Shown in pieces: positions 29,289 through 43,858 of a stretch of DNA of 64,000 nt. The stretch comes from the human T2T-CHM13v2.0 reference genome, Homo sapiens. Under the pieces are notes generated by a model. It did no database searches, was not told the DNA's origin, and saw only the letters and a program-made list of their open reading frames with translations. The translations under genes and the position numbers were made by a program. The DNA is taken from the NCBI RefSeq assembly GCF_009914755.1, contig NC_060926.1. One strand, given 5' to 3'. The first letter of the stretch is position 1, and each line of letters opens with the position of its first letter.

Positions 29289-32200
29289 CAAAGTTTATTC
29301 CATTCGAGTCCGTTTGATAATTCCATTTGATTCCATTCTCCGATGATTCCACTGGAGTCCGTTCGATAATTCCATTCAATTCCAGTTGATGATGATTCCA
29401 TTCGAGTCCATTCAATGATTTCATTGGATTCCATTTGATGATGACTCCTTCCGGTTCCATTCCATGATGATTCCATTCGGTTCCATTAGATAGTGATTCC
29501 ATTCAAGTCCATTCGATGATTCCATTCGATTCCATTCGATGATGATTCCATTCCGGTCCATTCGATGATTCCTTTCGATTCCACTTGATGTTGATTCCAT
29601 TTGAGTCCATTTGATTATTCCCTTTGAATGCATTCCATGATTCCTTTCGATTCCATTTGATATTGCTTCCATTCGAGTCCATTCGATGATTCCATTTGAT
29701 TTCAATCAATGATGATTCGATTCAATTCTTTTCGATGATTCCATTTGATTCCATTCGATGACAAACCCATTCGAGTCCATTCGATGATTCCTTTCGAGTC
29801 CATTTGATGATTCTATTTGGTTCCATTCGATGATGATTCCTTTGAATTCCATTCGTTGGTGATTCCATTCGATTCCATTCGATGATGATTCCATTCAATG
29901 GCATTCGATGATGATTCCATTCGATTCCATTCGATGATGATTCCATTCGGTTTCATTCGATGATTCTATTCAATTCCTTTCTATGATTATTCAATTCTTT
30001 TCCATTTGATGATTCCATGTGATTCCATTTGATGATGATTCCATTCGTTTGCATTCGATGATGATTCCATTCAGGTCCATTCAAAGATTCCATTCCATTC
30101 CATTCTATGATGATTGCATTCGAGTTCATTTGATGATTCCATTCGACTCCATTCGATGATGATTCCATTCGTTGATATTCAATGATTCCATTCGATTCCA
30201 TTTGCTGATGATTCCATTCGACTCCATTCAATGATTCCATTCGATTCCATTCAATGAGGATTCCATTCGAGTCCATTTGATGATTCTGTTCAATCCCATT
30301 CGATGATGATTCCTCTCAAATCCATTTGATGATTCCATTCGAGTACATTCGATTATTCCATTTGATTTTATTCGATGATGATTCCATTCGATGCCATTCG
30401 ATGATTCCATTCGATTCCATTCAATGGTGATTCCATTCGATGCCATTTGATGATTCCATTAAACCCTATTTGATGATGATTCCATTCGTGTCCATTCGAT
30501 GATTCCGTTCGTTTCCATTCGATGATGATTCCATTTGAATCCATTCGATGATTCCTATCGATTCCATTCGATGACTCCGTTCAATCCCGTTCGATGTTTC
30601 CCTTCGATTGTCTCTGACCATCATTCCATTCGATTCAATTTGGTGATTCCATTCGATGATGATTCCGTTCGATTCCATTCGATGAGGATTCCATTCGATT
30701 CCCTTTGATGATGATTCCATTCGATTCCATTTGACGATGATTCCATTCGAGTCCATTTGATGATTCCATTCGATTCCATTTGATGATGATTCCACTCTAG
30801 CCCATTCGATTATTCCATTTGAGTCCATTCAATGATTCCATTCGATTCCATTCGATGGTGATTCCCTTCGAGTCCATGAGATGATTTCATAACATTACAT
30901 TCGATGGTGATTCCATTTGATTCCATTCGATGGTGATTCCATTCGATGCCATTTGATGATTCCATTAAATCCTATTTGATGATGATTCCATTCGTGTCCA
31001 TTCGATGATTCCGTTCGTTTCCATTCGATGATGATTCCATTTGAATCCATTCGATGATTCCTATCGATTCCATTCGATGACTCCGTTCAATCCCATTCGA
31101 TGTTTCCCTTCGATTGTCTTTGACGATCATTCCGTTCGATTCAATTTGGTGATTCCATTCGATGATGATTCCGTTCGATTCCATTCGATGAGGATTCCAT
31201 TCGATTCCCTTTGATGATGATTCCATTCGATTCCATTTGACGATGATTCCATTCGAGTCCATTTGATGATTCCATTCCATTCCATTTGATGATGATTCCA
31301 CTCAAGCCCATTCGATTATTCCATTCGAGTCCATTCAATGATTCCATTAGATTCCATTCGATGATGATTCCATTCGAGTCCATTCGATGATTCCATTCGA
31401 TTCCATTCAATGATGATTCCTTTCAGGTCCATTAGATGATTCCATTAGATTCCATTTGATGATGACTCCTTTAGAGTCCATTCTTTGATTCCATTCGATT
31501 CCATTCGATGATGATTCTATTCGAGTCCATTCGTTGATTCCATTCGATTCCATTCAATGATGATTCCATTCGAGTCCAATCGATGATTACAGTCGATTCC
31601 ATTCGATGATGATTCCCCTCGAGTCCATTCGATGATTCCACTCGAGTCCGTTCGATGATTTCCTTAGATTCCATTCAATGATGATTCCACTCAATGCAAT
31701 TCAATGACTAAATTCGATTCCATTCGATGTTGTTTCCATTCAAGTCCATTTGATGATTCTATTCGATTCCATTCAATGATGATTCCATTCGTGTCCACTC
31801 GATGGTTCCATTCTATTCGATTCGATGATTATTCCATTAGACTCCATTCGATGATGATTCCATTCGATTTCATTCTGTGATTCTATTCATTTCCATTCGA
31901 TGATGATTCCATTCTTTTCCAGTCGATGATTCCATTCGATGCCATTCGATGATTACATTCGATTACATTCGACGATGACTCCATTCTATTCCATTTGATG
32001 ATTCCATTCGATTCCATTCGATGAGGATTCCATTTGATTCCATTCAATGATGATTCCATTCATGTCCATTCGATTGAATTACATTTCATTGCTTTCGATG
32101 ATGATTCCATTCCCGTCCATTAGATGATTCCATTTGATTCCATTCATTGATGATTCCATTCAGATTCCATTCGATGATTCCATTCGATTCCATTTGATGA

Positions 32201-35200
32201 TGATTCCATTCAATTGCATTCAATGATTCCATTCGATTCCATTCAATGATGATTCCCTTCGAGTCCATTAGAAGATTCCATAACATTCCATTCGATGGTG
32301 ATTCCTTTCCATTTCATTCAATGATTCCATTCGATTCCATTCGATGATGATTCCCTTCGAGTCCATGAGATGATTTCATAACATTCCATTCGATGGTGAT
32401 TCCATTTGATTCCATTCGATGGCGATTCCATTTGATTCCATTCGATGATTCCTTTCGTGTCCATTCGATGACACCATTGGATTCCATTCGATGATTTCAT
32501 TCGTTTCCACTTGTTGATGATTCCATTCGATTCCATTCGATGATGATTCCATTCGATTCCCTTCATTGATGATTCGATTAGATTCCATTTGATGATGATT
32601 CCATTCGAGTGCATTCAATGAAGATTCCATTCAATTCCATTTGATGATGATTCCATTTGACTCCATTCAATGATGATTCCATTCGATTCCATTCAAAGAT
32701 TCATTTCGAGTCCATTCAATGATTCCATTCGATTCTACTTGATGATGATTCCTTTCAAGTCCATTCAATGATTCCATTCAATTCCATTCCATATTAATTC
32801 CTTTCATGTCCATTCAATGATTCCATTCAGTTGCATTCGATGATTCCTTACGATTTCATTCGATGATGATTCCATTTGAGTCCATTTGATGATTCCATTA
32901 GATTCCATTCGAGCATAATTCCTTTCGAGTCCATTCGATGATTCCATTCAATTCCATTCCATGATGATCCCATTTCATTCCATTCAATCATGATTCCATT
33001 CGAGTCCATTCTACGATTCCTTTGTATTCCATTCGTTGATTCCTTTCAATTCCATTCGATGATGATTGCATTCGACTACATTCGATGATTCCACTCGATT
33101 CCATCCGATGATTGGAGTCCATTCGGTGATTCCTTTAGATTCCACTCAAAGACGATTCCATTCAATTCCAATCCATGATACCATTCGATTCCATTCATTG
33201 ATGATTCCATTTGATTCCATTTGATGATTCCATTTTATTCCATTCGATGATGATTCCATTACATTCCATTTGATGATTCCATTCCATTCCATTCCATTAG
33301 ATGTTGATTCCATTCGTGTCCACTTGATGATTCCATTCTTTTCCGTTCGACCATGATTCCATTCGATTCTATTCGATGATTCCATTTGAGTACACTCGAT
33401 GATTTCATTCGAGTACATTCGATGATTCCACTCGATTCCATACGATGATTATTCCATTGGAGTCCATTTGGCGATTCCTTTAGGTTCCACTCGAAGATGA
33501 TTCCATTTGATTCCATTCGATTATACCATTCGATTCCATTCATTGATGATTCCATTCAAGTGCATTTGATGATACCATTCGATTCCATTCGATGATGATT
33601 CCATTAGTTTCCATTTGATTATTCCATTCTATTCCATTCAGTGATGATTCCATTAGAGTCAATTCGATGATTCCGTTGGAGTCCATTTGATGATGATTCC
33701 ATTCAGTGATTCCATTCAATTCTATTTGATAATGATTCCAATCGATTCCATTCGATGTTGATTCCATGGGATTCCATTCTATGATTTCATTCGATTGCAT
33801 TAGACAATGACTCCATTCGATTCCATTTGATGATTCCATTCGATTCTATTTGATGATGATTCCATTCGATTCCATTTGATGATGATTGCATTCTATTCAA
33901 TTCGACGATGATTCCATTCGTGTCCATTAGATGATTCCATACGATTCCATTCGATGACGATTCCATTCTATTCCATTCAATGATGATTCCATTGGGGTCC
34001 ATTATATGATTCCATTCGACTCCATTCGATGATGATTCCATTCGTTGCTATTCAATGATTCCATTCGATTCCATTTGCTGATGATTCCATTCAACTCCAT
34101 TCAATGATTCCATTCGATTCCATTCAATGAGGATTCCATTCGAGTCCATTTGATGATTCTGTTCAATTCCATTCGATGATGATTCCTCTCAAATCCATTT
34201 GATGATTCCATTCGAGTACATTCGATTATTCCATTTGATTTTATTCGATGATGATTCCATTCTTTGCCATTCGATGATTCCATTCGATTCCATTCAATGG
34301 TGATTCCATTCGATGCCATTTGATGATTCCATTCAATCCTATTTGATGATGATTCCATTCGTGTCCATTCGATGATTCCGTTCGTTTCCATTCGATGATG
34401 ATTCCATTTGAATCCATTCGATGATTCCTATCGATTCCATTCGATGACTCCGTTCAATCCCATTCGATGTTTCCTTTTGATTGTCTTTGACGATCATTCC
34501 ATTCGATTCAATTTGGTGATTCCATTCGATGATGATTCCGTTCGATTCCATTCGATGAGGATTCCATTCGATTCCATTTGATGATGATTCCATTCGATTC
34601 CATTTGACGATGATTCCATTCGAGTCCATTTGATGATTCCATTCCATTCCATTTGATGATGATTCCACTCTAGCCCATTCGATTATTCCATTCGAGTCCA
34701 TTCAATGATTCCATTAGATTCCATTCGATGATGATTCCATTCGAGTCCATTCGATGATTCCATTCGATTCCATTCAATGATGATTCCTTTCAGGTCCATT
34801 AGATGATTCCATTAGATTCCATTTGATGATGACTCCATTAGAGTCCATTCTTTGATTCCATTCGATTCCATTCGATGATGATTCTATTCGAGTCCATTCG
34901 TTGATTCCATTCGATTCTATTCAATGATGATTCCATTCGAGTCCAATCGATGATTCCCCTCGAGTCCATTCGATGATGATTCCCCTCGAGTCCATTCGAT
35001 GATTCCACTCGAGTCCATTCGATGATTTCCTTAGATTCCATTCAATGATGATTCCACTCAATGCAATTCAATGACTAAATTCGATTCCATTCGATGTTGT
35101 TTCCATTCAAGTCCATTTGATGATTCTATTCGATTCCATTCAGTGATGATTCCATTCGTGTCCACTCGATGATTCCATTCTATTCCATTCGATGATTATT

Positions 35201-38200
35201 CCTTTAGACTCCATTCGATGATGATTCCATTCGATTTCATTCTGTGATTCTATTCATTTCCATTCGATGATGATTCCATTCTTTTCCAGTCGATGATTCC
35301 ATTCGATGCCATTCGATGATTACATTCGATTACATTCGACGATGACTCCATTCTATTCCATTTGATGATTCCATTCGATTCCATTCGATGAGGATTCCAT
35401 TTGATTCCATTCAATGATGATTCCATTCATGTCCATTCGATCGAATTACATTTCATTGCTTTCGATGATGATTCCATTCACGTCCATTAGATGATTCCAT
35501 TTGATTCCATTCATTGATGATTCCATTCAGATTCCATTCGATGATTCCATTCGATTCCATTTGATGATGATTCTATTCAATTGCATTCAAGATTCCATTC
35601 GATTCCATTCGATGATGATTCCCTTCGAGTCCATTAGAAGATTCCATAACATTCCATTCGATGGTGATTCCTTTCCGTTTCATTCAATGATTCCATTCGA
35701 TTCCATTCGATGATGATTCCCTTCGAGTCCATGAGATGATTTCATAACATTCCATTCGACGGTGATTCCATTGGATTACATTCGATGGTGATTCCATTTG
35801 ATTCCATTCGATGATTCCTTTCGTGTCCATTCGATGACACCATTGGATTCCATTCGATGATTTCATTCGTTTCCACTGTTGATGATTCCATTCGATTCCA
35901 TTCGATGATGATTCCATTCGATTCCCTTCATTGATGATTCGATTAGATTCCATTTGATGATGATTCCATTCGAGTCCATTCAATGAAGATTCCATTCAAT
36001 TCCATTTGATGATGATTCCATTTGACTCCATTCAATGATGATTCCATTCGATTCCATTCAAAGATTCAATTCAAGTCCATTCAACGATTCCATTCGATTC
36101 CACTTGATGATGATTCCTTTCAAGTCCATTCAATGATTCCATTCAATTCCATTCCATAATAATTCCTTTCATGTCCATTCAATGATTCCATTCAGTTGCA
36201 TTCGATGATTCCATATGATTTCATTCGATGATGATTCCATTTGAGTCCATTTGATGATTCCATTAGATTCCATTCGAGCATAATTCCTTTCGAGTCCATT
36301 CGATGATTCCATTCAATTCCATTCCATGATGATCCCATTTCATTCCATTCAATCATGATTCCATTGGAGTCCATTCTACGATTCCTTTATATTCCATTCG
36401 TTGATTCCATTCAATTCCATTCGATGATGATTGCATTCGACTACATTCGATGATTCCACTCGATTCCATCCGATGATTGGAGTCCATTCGGTGATTCCTT
36501 TAGATTCCACTCAAAGACGATTCCATTCAATTCCAATCCATGAAACCATTCGATTCCATTCATTGATGATTCCATTTGATTCCATTTGATGATTCCATTT
36601 TATTCCATTCGATGATGATTCCATTCCATTCCATTTGATGATTCCATTCCATTCCATTAGATGTTGATTCCATTCGTGTCCACTTGATGATTCCATTCTT
36701 TTCCGTTCGACCATGATTCCATTCGATTCCATTCGATGATTCCATTTGAGTACACTCGATGATTCCATTCGAGTACATTCGATGATTCCACTCGATTCCA
36801 TACGATGATTATTCCATTGGAGTCCATTTGGCGATTCCTTTAGGTTCCACTCGAAGATGATTCCATTTGATTCCATTCGATTATACCATTCGATTCCATT
36901 CATTGATGATTCCATTCAAGTGCATTTGATGATACCATTCGATTCCATTCGATGATGATTCCATTCGTTTCCATTTGATTATTCCATTCTATTCCATTCA
37001 GTGATGATTCCATTAGAGTCAATTCGATGATTCCTTTGGAGTCCATTTGATGATGATTCCATTCAGTGATTCCATTGAATTCTATTTGATAATGATTCCA
37101 ATCAATTCCATTCGATGTTGATTCCATGGGATTCCATTCTATGATTTCATTCGATTGCATTAGACAATGACTCCATTCGATTCCATTTGATGATTCCATT
37201 CGATTCTATTTGATGATGATTCCATTCGATTCCATTTGATGATGATTGCATTCTATTCAATTCGACGATGATTCCATTCGGGTCCATTAGATGATTCCAT
37301 ACGATTCCATTCGATGACGATTCCATTCTATTCCATTCAATGATGATTCCATTCGGGTCCATTATATGATTCCATTCGATTCCATTCGAGGATGATTCCA
37401 TTCGTGTCCATTGGATGATTCCATTCTTCTCCATTCGATGATGATTACATTCAAGTCTATTCGCTGATTCTATTAGAGTCCATTGAATGATTGCTTTTGA
37501 TTCCATTCGATGCTGATTCCATTCCATTCCATTCCATTCCATTCGATGATGATTCCATTCGATACCATTCTATGATTCCTTTAGATTCCATTTCATGCTG
37601 ATTCCATTCAATTTCATTGAAAGATTCTATTCGAATCCATTCAATGATGATTCCATTCGATTCCATTTGATGATTCCGTTTGATTTCATTTGATGATGAT
37701 TCCATTTGTTTCCATTTGGTGATTCCATTCAATGATGGTTCCATTCGAGTCCATTCAATGATTCCTTTCTACTCTATATGATGATGATTCCATGCGAGGG
37801 CATTCAATGGTGATTCCTTTGGATACCATTCGATGATTCCATTCGATTCCATTCAATGATGATTGCATTCGATTCCATTCGATGATTCCATTGGATTCCA
37901 TTCAAAGATGATTCCATTCGATTCCATTTGATAATTCCCTGCGATTCCATTCGATCGTTCCAATGGATTCCATTTGATGATGATTCCATTTGTGTCCATT
38001 CGATGATTCCATTGAATTCCATCAGATGATGATTCCATTCGAGTGAATTCGATGTTTCCAATCAATTCCATTCAATGATGTTTCCATTTGAGGCTGTCTG
38101 ATGACTCTATTCATTTCCATTCTACAATGATTCCCTTTGAGTCCTTTTGAAGATTTGATTCGAGTCCTTTCGATGATCCCATTCGATTCCATTCGATGAT

Positions 38201-39506
38201 GATTCCGTTCGAGTCCATTTGACGCGTCCCTTCGAGTCCATTTGATGATTCCATTCGAGTCCAACTGATGATTCCATTCAATTCCATTCTGTGATGTTTC
38301 CGTATGATTCCATTCCATGATGATTCCATGTGATTCCTTTCGATGATGATTCATTTTAATTGCATTTGATTAGGATTCATTTCCAGTTCATTCGACGATT
38401 CCACACGATTCCATTCGATGATGATTCCATTCGAGTGTATTTGATGATTCCTTTCGATTCCATTAGAAGATGATTCCATTTGATTCCGTTCATTGGTGAT
38501 CCCATTCAATTCCATTCAATGATTCCATTCCATTCCATTCAACAATGATTCCATTTGATTCCATTTGATGATTCCTTCCGCTTGATTCCATTTGATGATG
38601 ATTCCATTCGATTCCATTCGATGATGATTGCCTTCAATTCCATTCGATGATTCCATTCGATTCCATTTGATGATGATTCCATTTGAGTCCATTGATGATT
38701 CCATTCGAGTCCATTCAATGATTCCATTCATTCGAGTCCATTTGATGATTCCATTCGATTCCATTTTGTGATTATTCCATTCGTGTCCATTAGATGATTC
38801 CATTCGAGTCCATTCAATAATTCCATTCAATTCCTTTCGATGATTCCATTCGATGCTATTTGATGTTTCCATTCGAGTCCATTTGTTCTTTCATTCGTGT
38901 CCATTCGATGACTCCATTCGATTCCATTTGATGATGATCCCATTTGATGATGATTCCATTCGAGTCCATTTGATGACTCCATTTGATTCCATTCGATGAT
39001 GATTCCATTCGTGTCCATTCAATGTTTTTGTTCTATTCCATTCAATGAGGATTCCCTTCAAATCCATTTGATGATTGTATTCAAGTCCATTCAGTGATTG
39101 CTTTCGATTCCATTCGATATTGATTCCCTTTGATTCCATTCGATGAGGATTCCATTCGATGTCATTCTAGGATTCCATTCGATTCCATTTGATGTTGATT
39201 GCATTTGATTCCATTTGATTATTCCATTCGATTATTTTTGATGACGATTCCATTCGATTCCATTCAGTGATTCCAGTTCATTACAGTTGATGATGATTCC
39301 TTTCGATTCCATTCGATGATTCCATTTGATTCCAATCGATGATGATTCCATTCGAGTCCATTCGATGATTCCATTCGATTCCATTCAATGATGATTCCAT
39401 TCGAGTCCATTCAATGGTGATTCCATTGGATTCCATTCGGTGATGGCATTCGATTCCGTTCGATGATTGCATTCGATTCCATTTGATGATTCCCTTCGAT
39501 TCCATT
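29289..39506 (+). repeat. Rearranged higher-order interval, 10218 bp (506-bp composite insertion; truncation and restart at ~34020)
   Basis: Anchors at 29289 and 39507. Landmarks of the first half of the unit occur twice (CGTTG[A/C]TATTC at 30170 and 34043). Confidence 0.88.
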
Positions 39507-42500
39507 CAAAGTTTATTCCATTCGAGTCCGTTTGATAATTCCATTTGATTCCATTCTCCGATGATTCCACTGGAGTCCGTTCGATGATTCCATTCAATTC
39601 CAGTTGATGATGATTCCATTCGAGTCCATTCAATGATTTCATTGGATTCCATTTGATGATGACCCCTTCCGGTTCCATTACATGATGATTCCATTCGGTT
39701 CCATTAGATAGTGATTCCATTCAAGTCCATTCGATGATTCCATTCGATTCCATTCGATGATGATTCCATTCCGGTCCATTCGATGATTCCTTTCGATTCC
39801 ACTTGATGTTGATTCCATTTGAGTCCATTTGATTATTCCCTTTGAATGCATTCCATGATTCCTTTCGATTCCATTTGATATTGCTTCCATTTGAGTCCAT
39901 TCGATGATTCCATTTGATTTCATTCAATGATGATTCGATTCAATTCCGTTCGATGATTCCATTTGATTCCATTCGATGACAACTCCATTCGAGTCCATTC
40001 GATGATTCCTTTCGAGTCCATTTGATGATTCTATTTGGTTCCATTCGATGATGTTTCCGTTCGATTCCATTCGATGAGGATTCCATTCGATTCCATTTGA
40101 TGATGATTCCATTCGATTCCATTTGATGATGATTCCATTCGAGTCCATTAGATGATTCCATTCGCTTCCATTTGATGATGATTCCACTCAAGCCCATTCG
40201 ATTATTCCATTCGAGTCCATTCAATGATTCCGTTAGATTCCATTCCATGATGATTCCATTCGAGTCCATTCGATGATTCCATTCGATTCCATTCAATGAT
40301 GATTCCTTTCAGGTCCATTAGATGATTCCATTAGATTCCATTTGATGATGACTCCATTAGAGTCCATTCTTTGATTCCATTCGATTCCATTCGATGATGA
40401 TTCTATTCGAGTCCATTCGTTGCTTCCATTCGATTCCATTCAATGATGATTCCATTCGAGTCCAATCGATGATTACAGTCGATTCCATTCGATGATGATT
40501 CCCCTTGAGTCCATTCGATGATTCCACTCGAGTCCGTTCGATAATTTCCTTAGATTCCATTCAATGATGATTCCACTCAATGCAATTCAATGACTAAATT
40601 CGATTCCATTCGATGTTGTTTCCATTCAAGTCCATTTGATGATTCTATTCGATTCCATTCAATGATGATTCCATTCGTGACCACTCGATGATTCCATTCT
40701 AATCCATTCGATGATTCCATTCAATTCCATTCGATGATGATTGCATTCGACTACATTCGATGATTCCACTCGATTCCATCCGACCATTGGAGTCCATTCG
40801 GTGATTCCTTTACATTCCACTCAAAGACGATTCCATTCAATTCCATTCCATGATACCATTCGATTCCATTCATTGATGATTCCATTTGATTCCATTTGAT
40901 GATTCCATTTTATTCCATTCGATGTTGATTCCATTCCATTCCATTTGATGATTCCATTCCATTCCATTAGATGTTGATTCCATTCGTTTCCACTTGATGA
41001 TTCCATTCTTTTCCGTTCGACCATGATTCCATTCGATTCCATTCGATGATTCCATTTGAGTACACTCGATGATTCCATTCGAGTACATTCGATGATTCCA
41101 CTCGATTCCATACGATGATTATTCCATTGGAGTCCAATTGGCGATTCCTTTAGGTTCCACTCGAAGATGATTCCATTTGATTCCATTCGATTATACCATT
41201 CGATTCCATTCATTGATGATTCCATTCAAGTGCATTTGATGATACCATTCGATTCCATTCGATGATGATTCCATTCGTTTCCATTTGATTATTCCATTCT
41301 ATTCCATTCAGTGATGATTCCATTAGAGTCAATTCGATGATTCCTTTGGAGTCCATTTGATGATGATTCCATTCAGTGATTCCATTCAATTCTATTCGAT
41401 AATGATTCCAATCGATTCCATTCGATGTTGATTCCATGGGATTCCATTCTATGATTTCATTCGATTGCATTAGACAATGACTCCATTCGATTCCATTTGA
41501 TGATTCCATTCGATTCTATTTGATGATGATTCCATTCGATTCCATTTGATGATGATTGCATTCTATTCAATTCGACGATGATTCCATTCGGGTCCATTAG
41601 ATGATTCCATATGATTCCATTCGATGACGATTCCATTCTATTCCATTCAATGATGATTCCATTCGGGTCCATTACATGATTCCATTCGATTCCATTCGAG
41701 GATGATTCCATTCGTGTCCATTGGATGATTCCATTCTTCTCCATTCGATGATGATTACATTCAAGTCTATTCGCTGATTCTATTAGAGTCCATTGAATGA
41801 TTGCTTTTGATTCCATTCGATGCTGATTCCATTCCATTCCATTCCATTCGATGATGATTCCATTCGATACCATTCTATGATTCCTTTAGATTCCATTTCA
41901 TGCTGATTCCATTCAATTTCATTCAAAGATTCTATTCGAATCCATTCAATGATGATTCCATTCGATTCCATTTGATGATTCCGTTTGATTTCATTTGATG
42001 ATGAATCCATTTGTTTCCATTTGGTGATTCCATTCAATGATGGTTCCATTCGAGTCCATTCAATGATTCCTTTCTACTCTATATGATGATGATTCCATGC
42101 GAGGGCATTCAATAGTGATTCCTTTGGATACCATTCGATGATTCCATTCGATTCCATTCAATGATGATTGCATTCGATTCCATTCGATGATTCCATTGGA
42201 TTCCATTCAAAGATGATTCCATTCGATTCCATTTGATAATTCCATGCGATTCCATTCGATCGTTCCAATGGATTCCATTTGATGATGATTCCATTTGTGT
42301 CCATTCGATGATTCCCTTGAATTCCATCAGATGATGATTCCATTCGAGTGAATTCGATATTTCCAATCAATTCCATTCAATGATGCTTCCATTCGAGGCT
42401 GTCTGATGACTCTATACATTTCCATTCTACAATGATTCCCTTTGAGTCCTTTTGAAGATTTGATTCGAGTCCTTTCGATGATCCCATTCGATTCCATTCG

Positions 42501-43858
42501 ATGATGATTCCGTTCGAGTCCATTTGACGCGTCCCTTCGAGTACATTTGATGATTCCATTCGAGTCCAACTGATGATTCCATTCAATTCCATTCTGTGAT
42601 GTTTCCGTATGATTCCATTCGATGATGATTCATTTTAATTGCATTTGATTATGATTCATTTCCAGTTCATTCGACGATTCCACACGATTCCATTCGATGA
42701 TGATTCCATTCGAGTGTATTTGATGATTCCTTTCGATTCCATTAGAAGATGATGCCATTTGATTCCGTTCATTGGTGATCCCATTCAATTCCATTCAATG
42801 ATTCCATTCCATTCCCTTCAACAGTGATTCCATTTGATTCCATTTGATGATTCCTTCCGCTTGATTCCATTTGATGATGATTCCTTTCGATTCCATTCGA
42901 TGATGATTGCCTTCAATTCCATTCGATGATTCCATTCGATTCCATTCGATGACGATTCGGTTTGATTCCATTTGATGATTCCATTCGAATCCATTCGATG
43001 ATTCCATTCGATTCCATTTGATGATGATTCCATTTGAGTCCATTCGATGATTCCATTCGAGTCCATTCAATGATTCCATTCATTCGAGTCCATTTGATGA
43101 TTCCATTCGATTCCATTTTATGATTATTCCATTCGTGTCCATTAGATGATTCCATTCGAGTCCATTCAATAATTCCATTCAATTCCTTTCGATGATTCCA
43201 TTCGATTCTATTTGATGTTTCCATTCGAGTCCATTTGTTCATTCATTCGTGTCCATTCGATGACTCCATTCGATTCCATTTGATGATGATCCCATTTGAT
43301 GGTGATTCCATTCGAGTCCATTTGATGACTCCATTTGATTCCATTCGATGATGATTCCATTCGTGTCCATTCAATGTTTTTGTTCTATTCCATTCAATGA
43401 GGATTCCCTTCAAATCCATTTGATGATTGTATTCAAGTCCATTCAGTGATTGCTTTCGATTCCATTCGATATTGATTCCCTTTGATTCCATTCGATGAGG
43501 ATTCCATTCGACGTCATTCTTGGATTCCATTCGATTCCATTTGATGTTGATTGCATTTGATTCCATTTGATTATTCTATTCGATTATTTTTGATGACGAT
43601 TCCATTCGATTCCATTCAGTGATTGCAGTTCATTACAGTTGATGATGATTCCTTTCGATTCCATTCGATGATTCCATTTGATTCCAATCGATGATGATTC
43701 CATTCGAGTCCATTCGATGATTCCATTCGATTCCATTCAATGATGATTCCATTCGAATCCATTCAATGGTGATTCCATTGGATTCCATTCGGTGATGGCA
43801 TTCGATTCCGTTCGATGATTGCATTCGATTCCATTTGATGATTCCCTTCGATTCCATT
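39507..43858 (+). repeat. Shortened higher-order unit, 4352 bp (deletions of ~0.83 kb and ~1.2 kb)
   Basis: Anchors at 39507 and 43859; junctions at ~40055 and ~40705. Confidence 0.9.
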
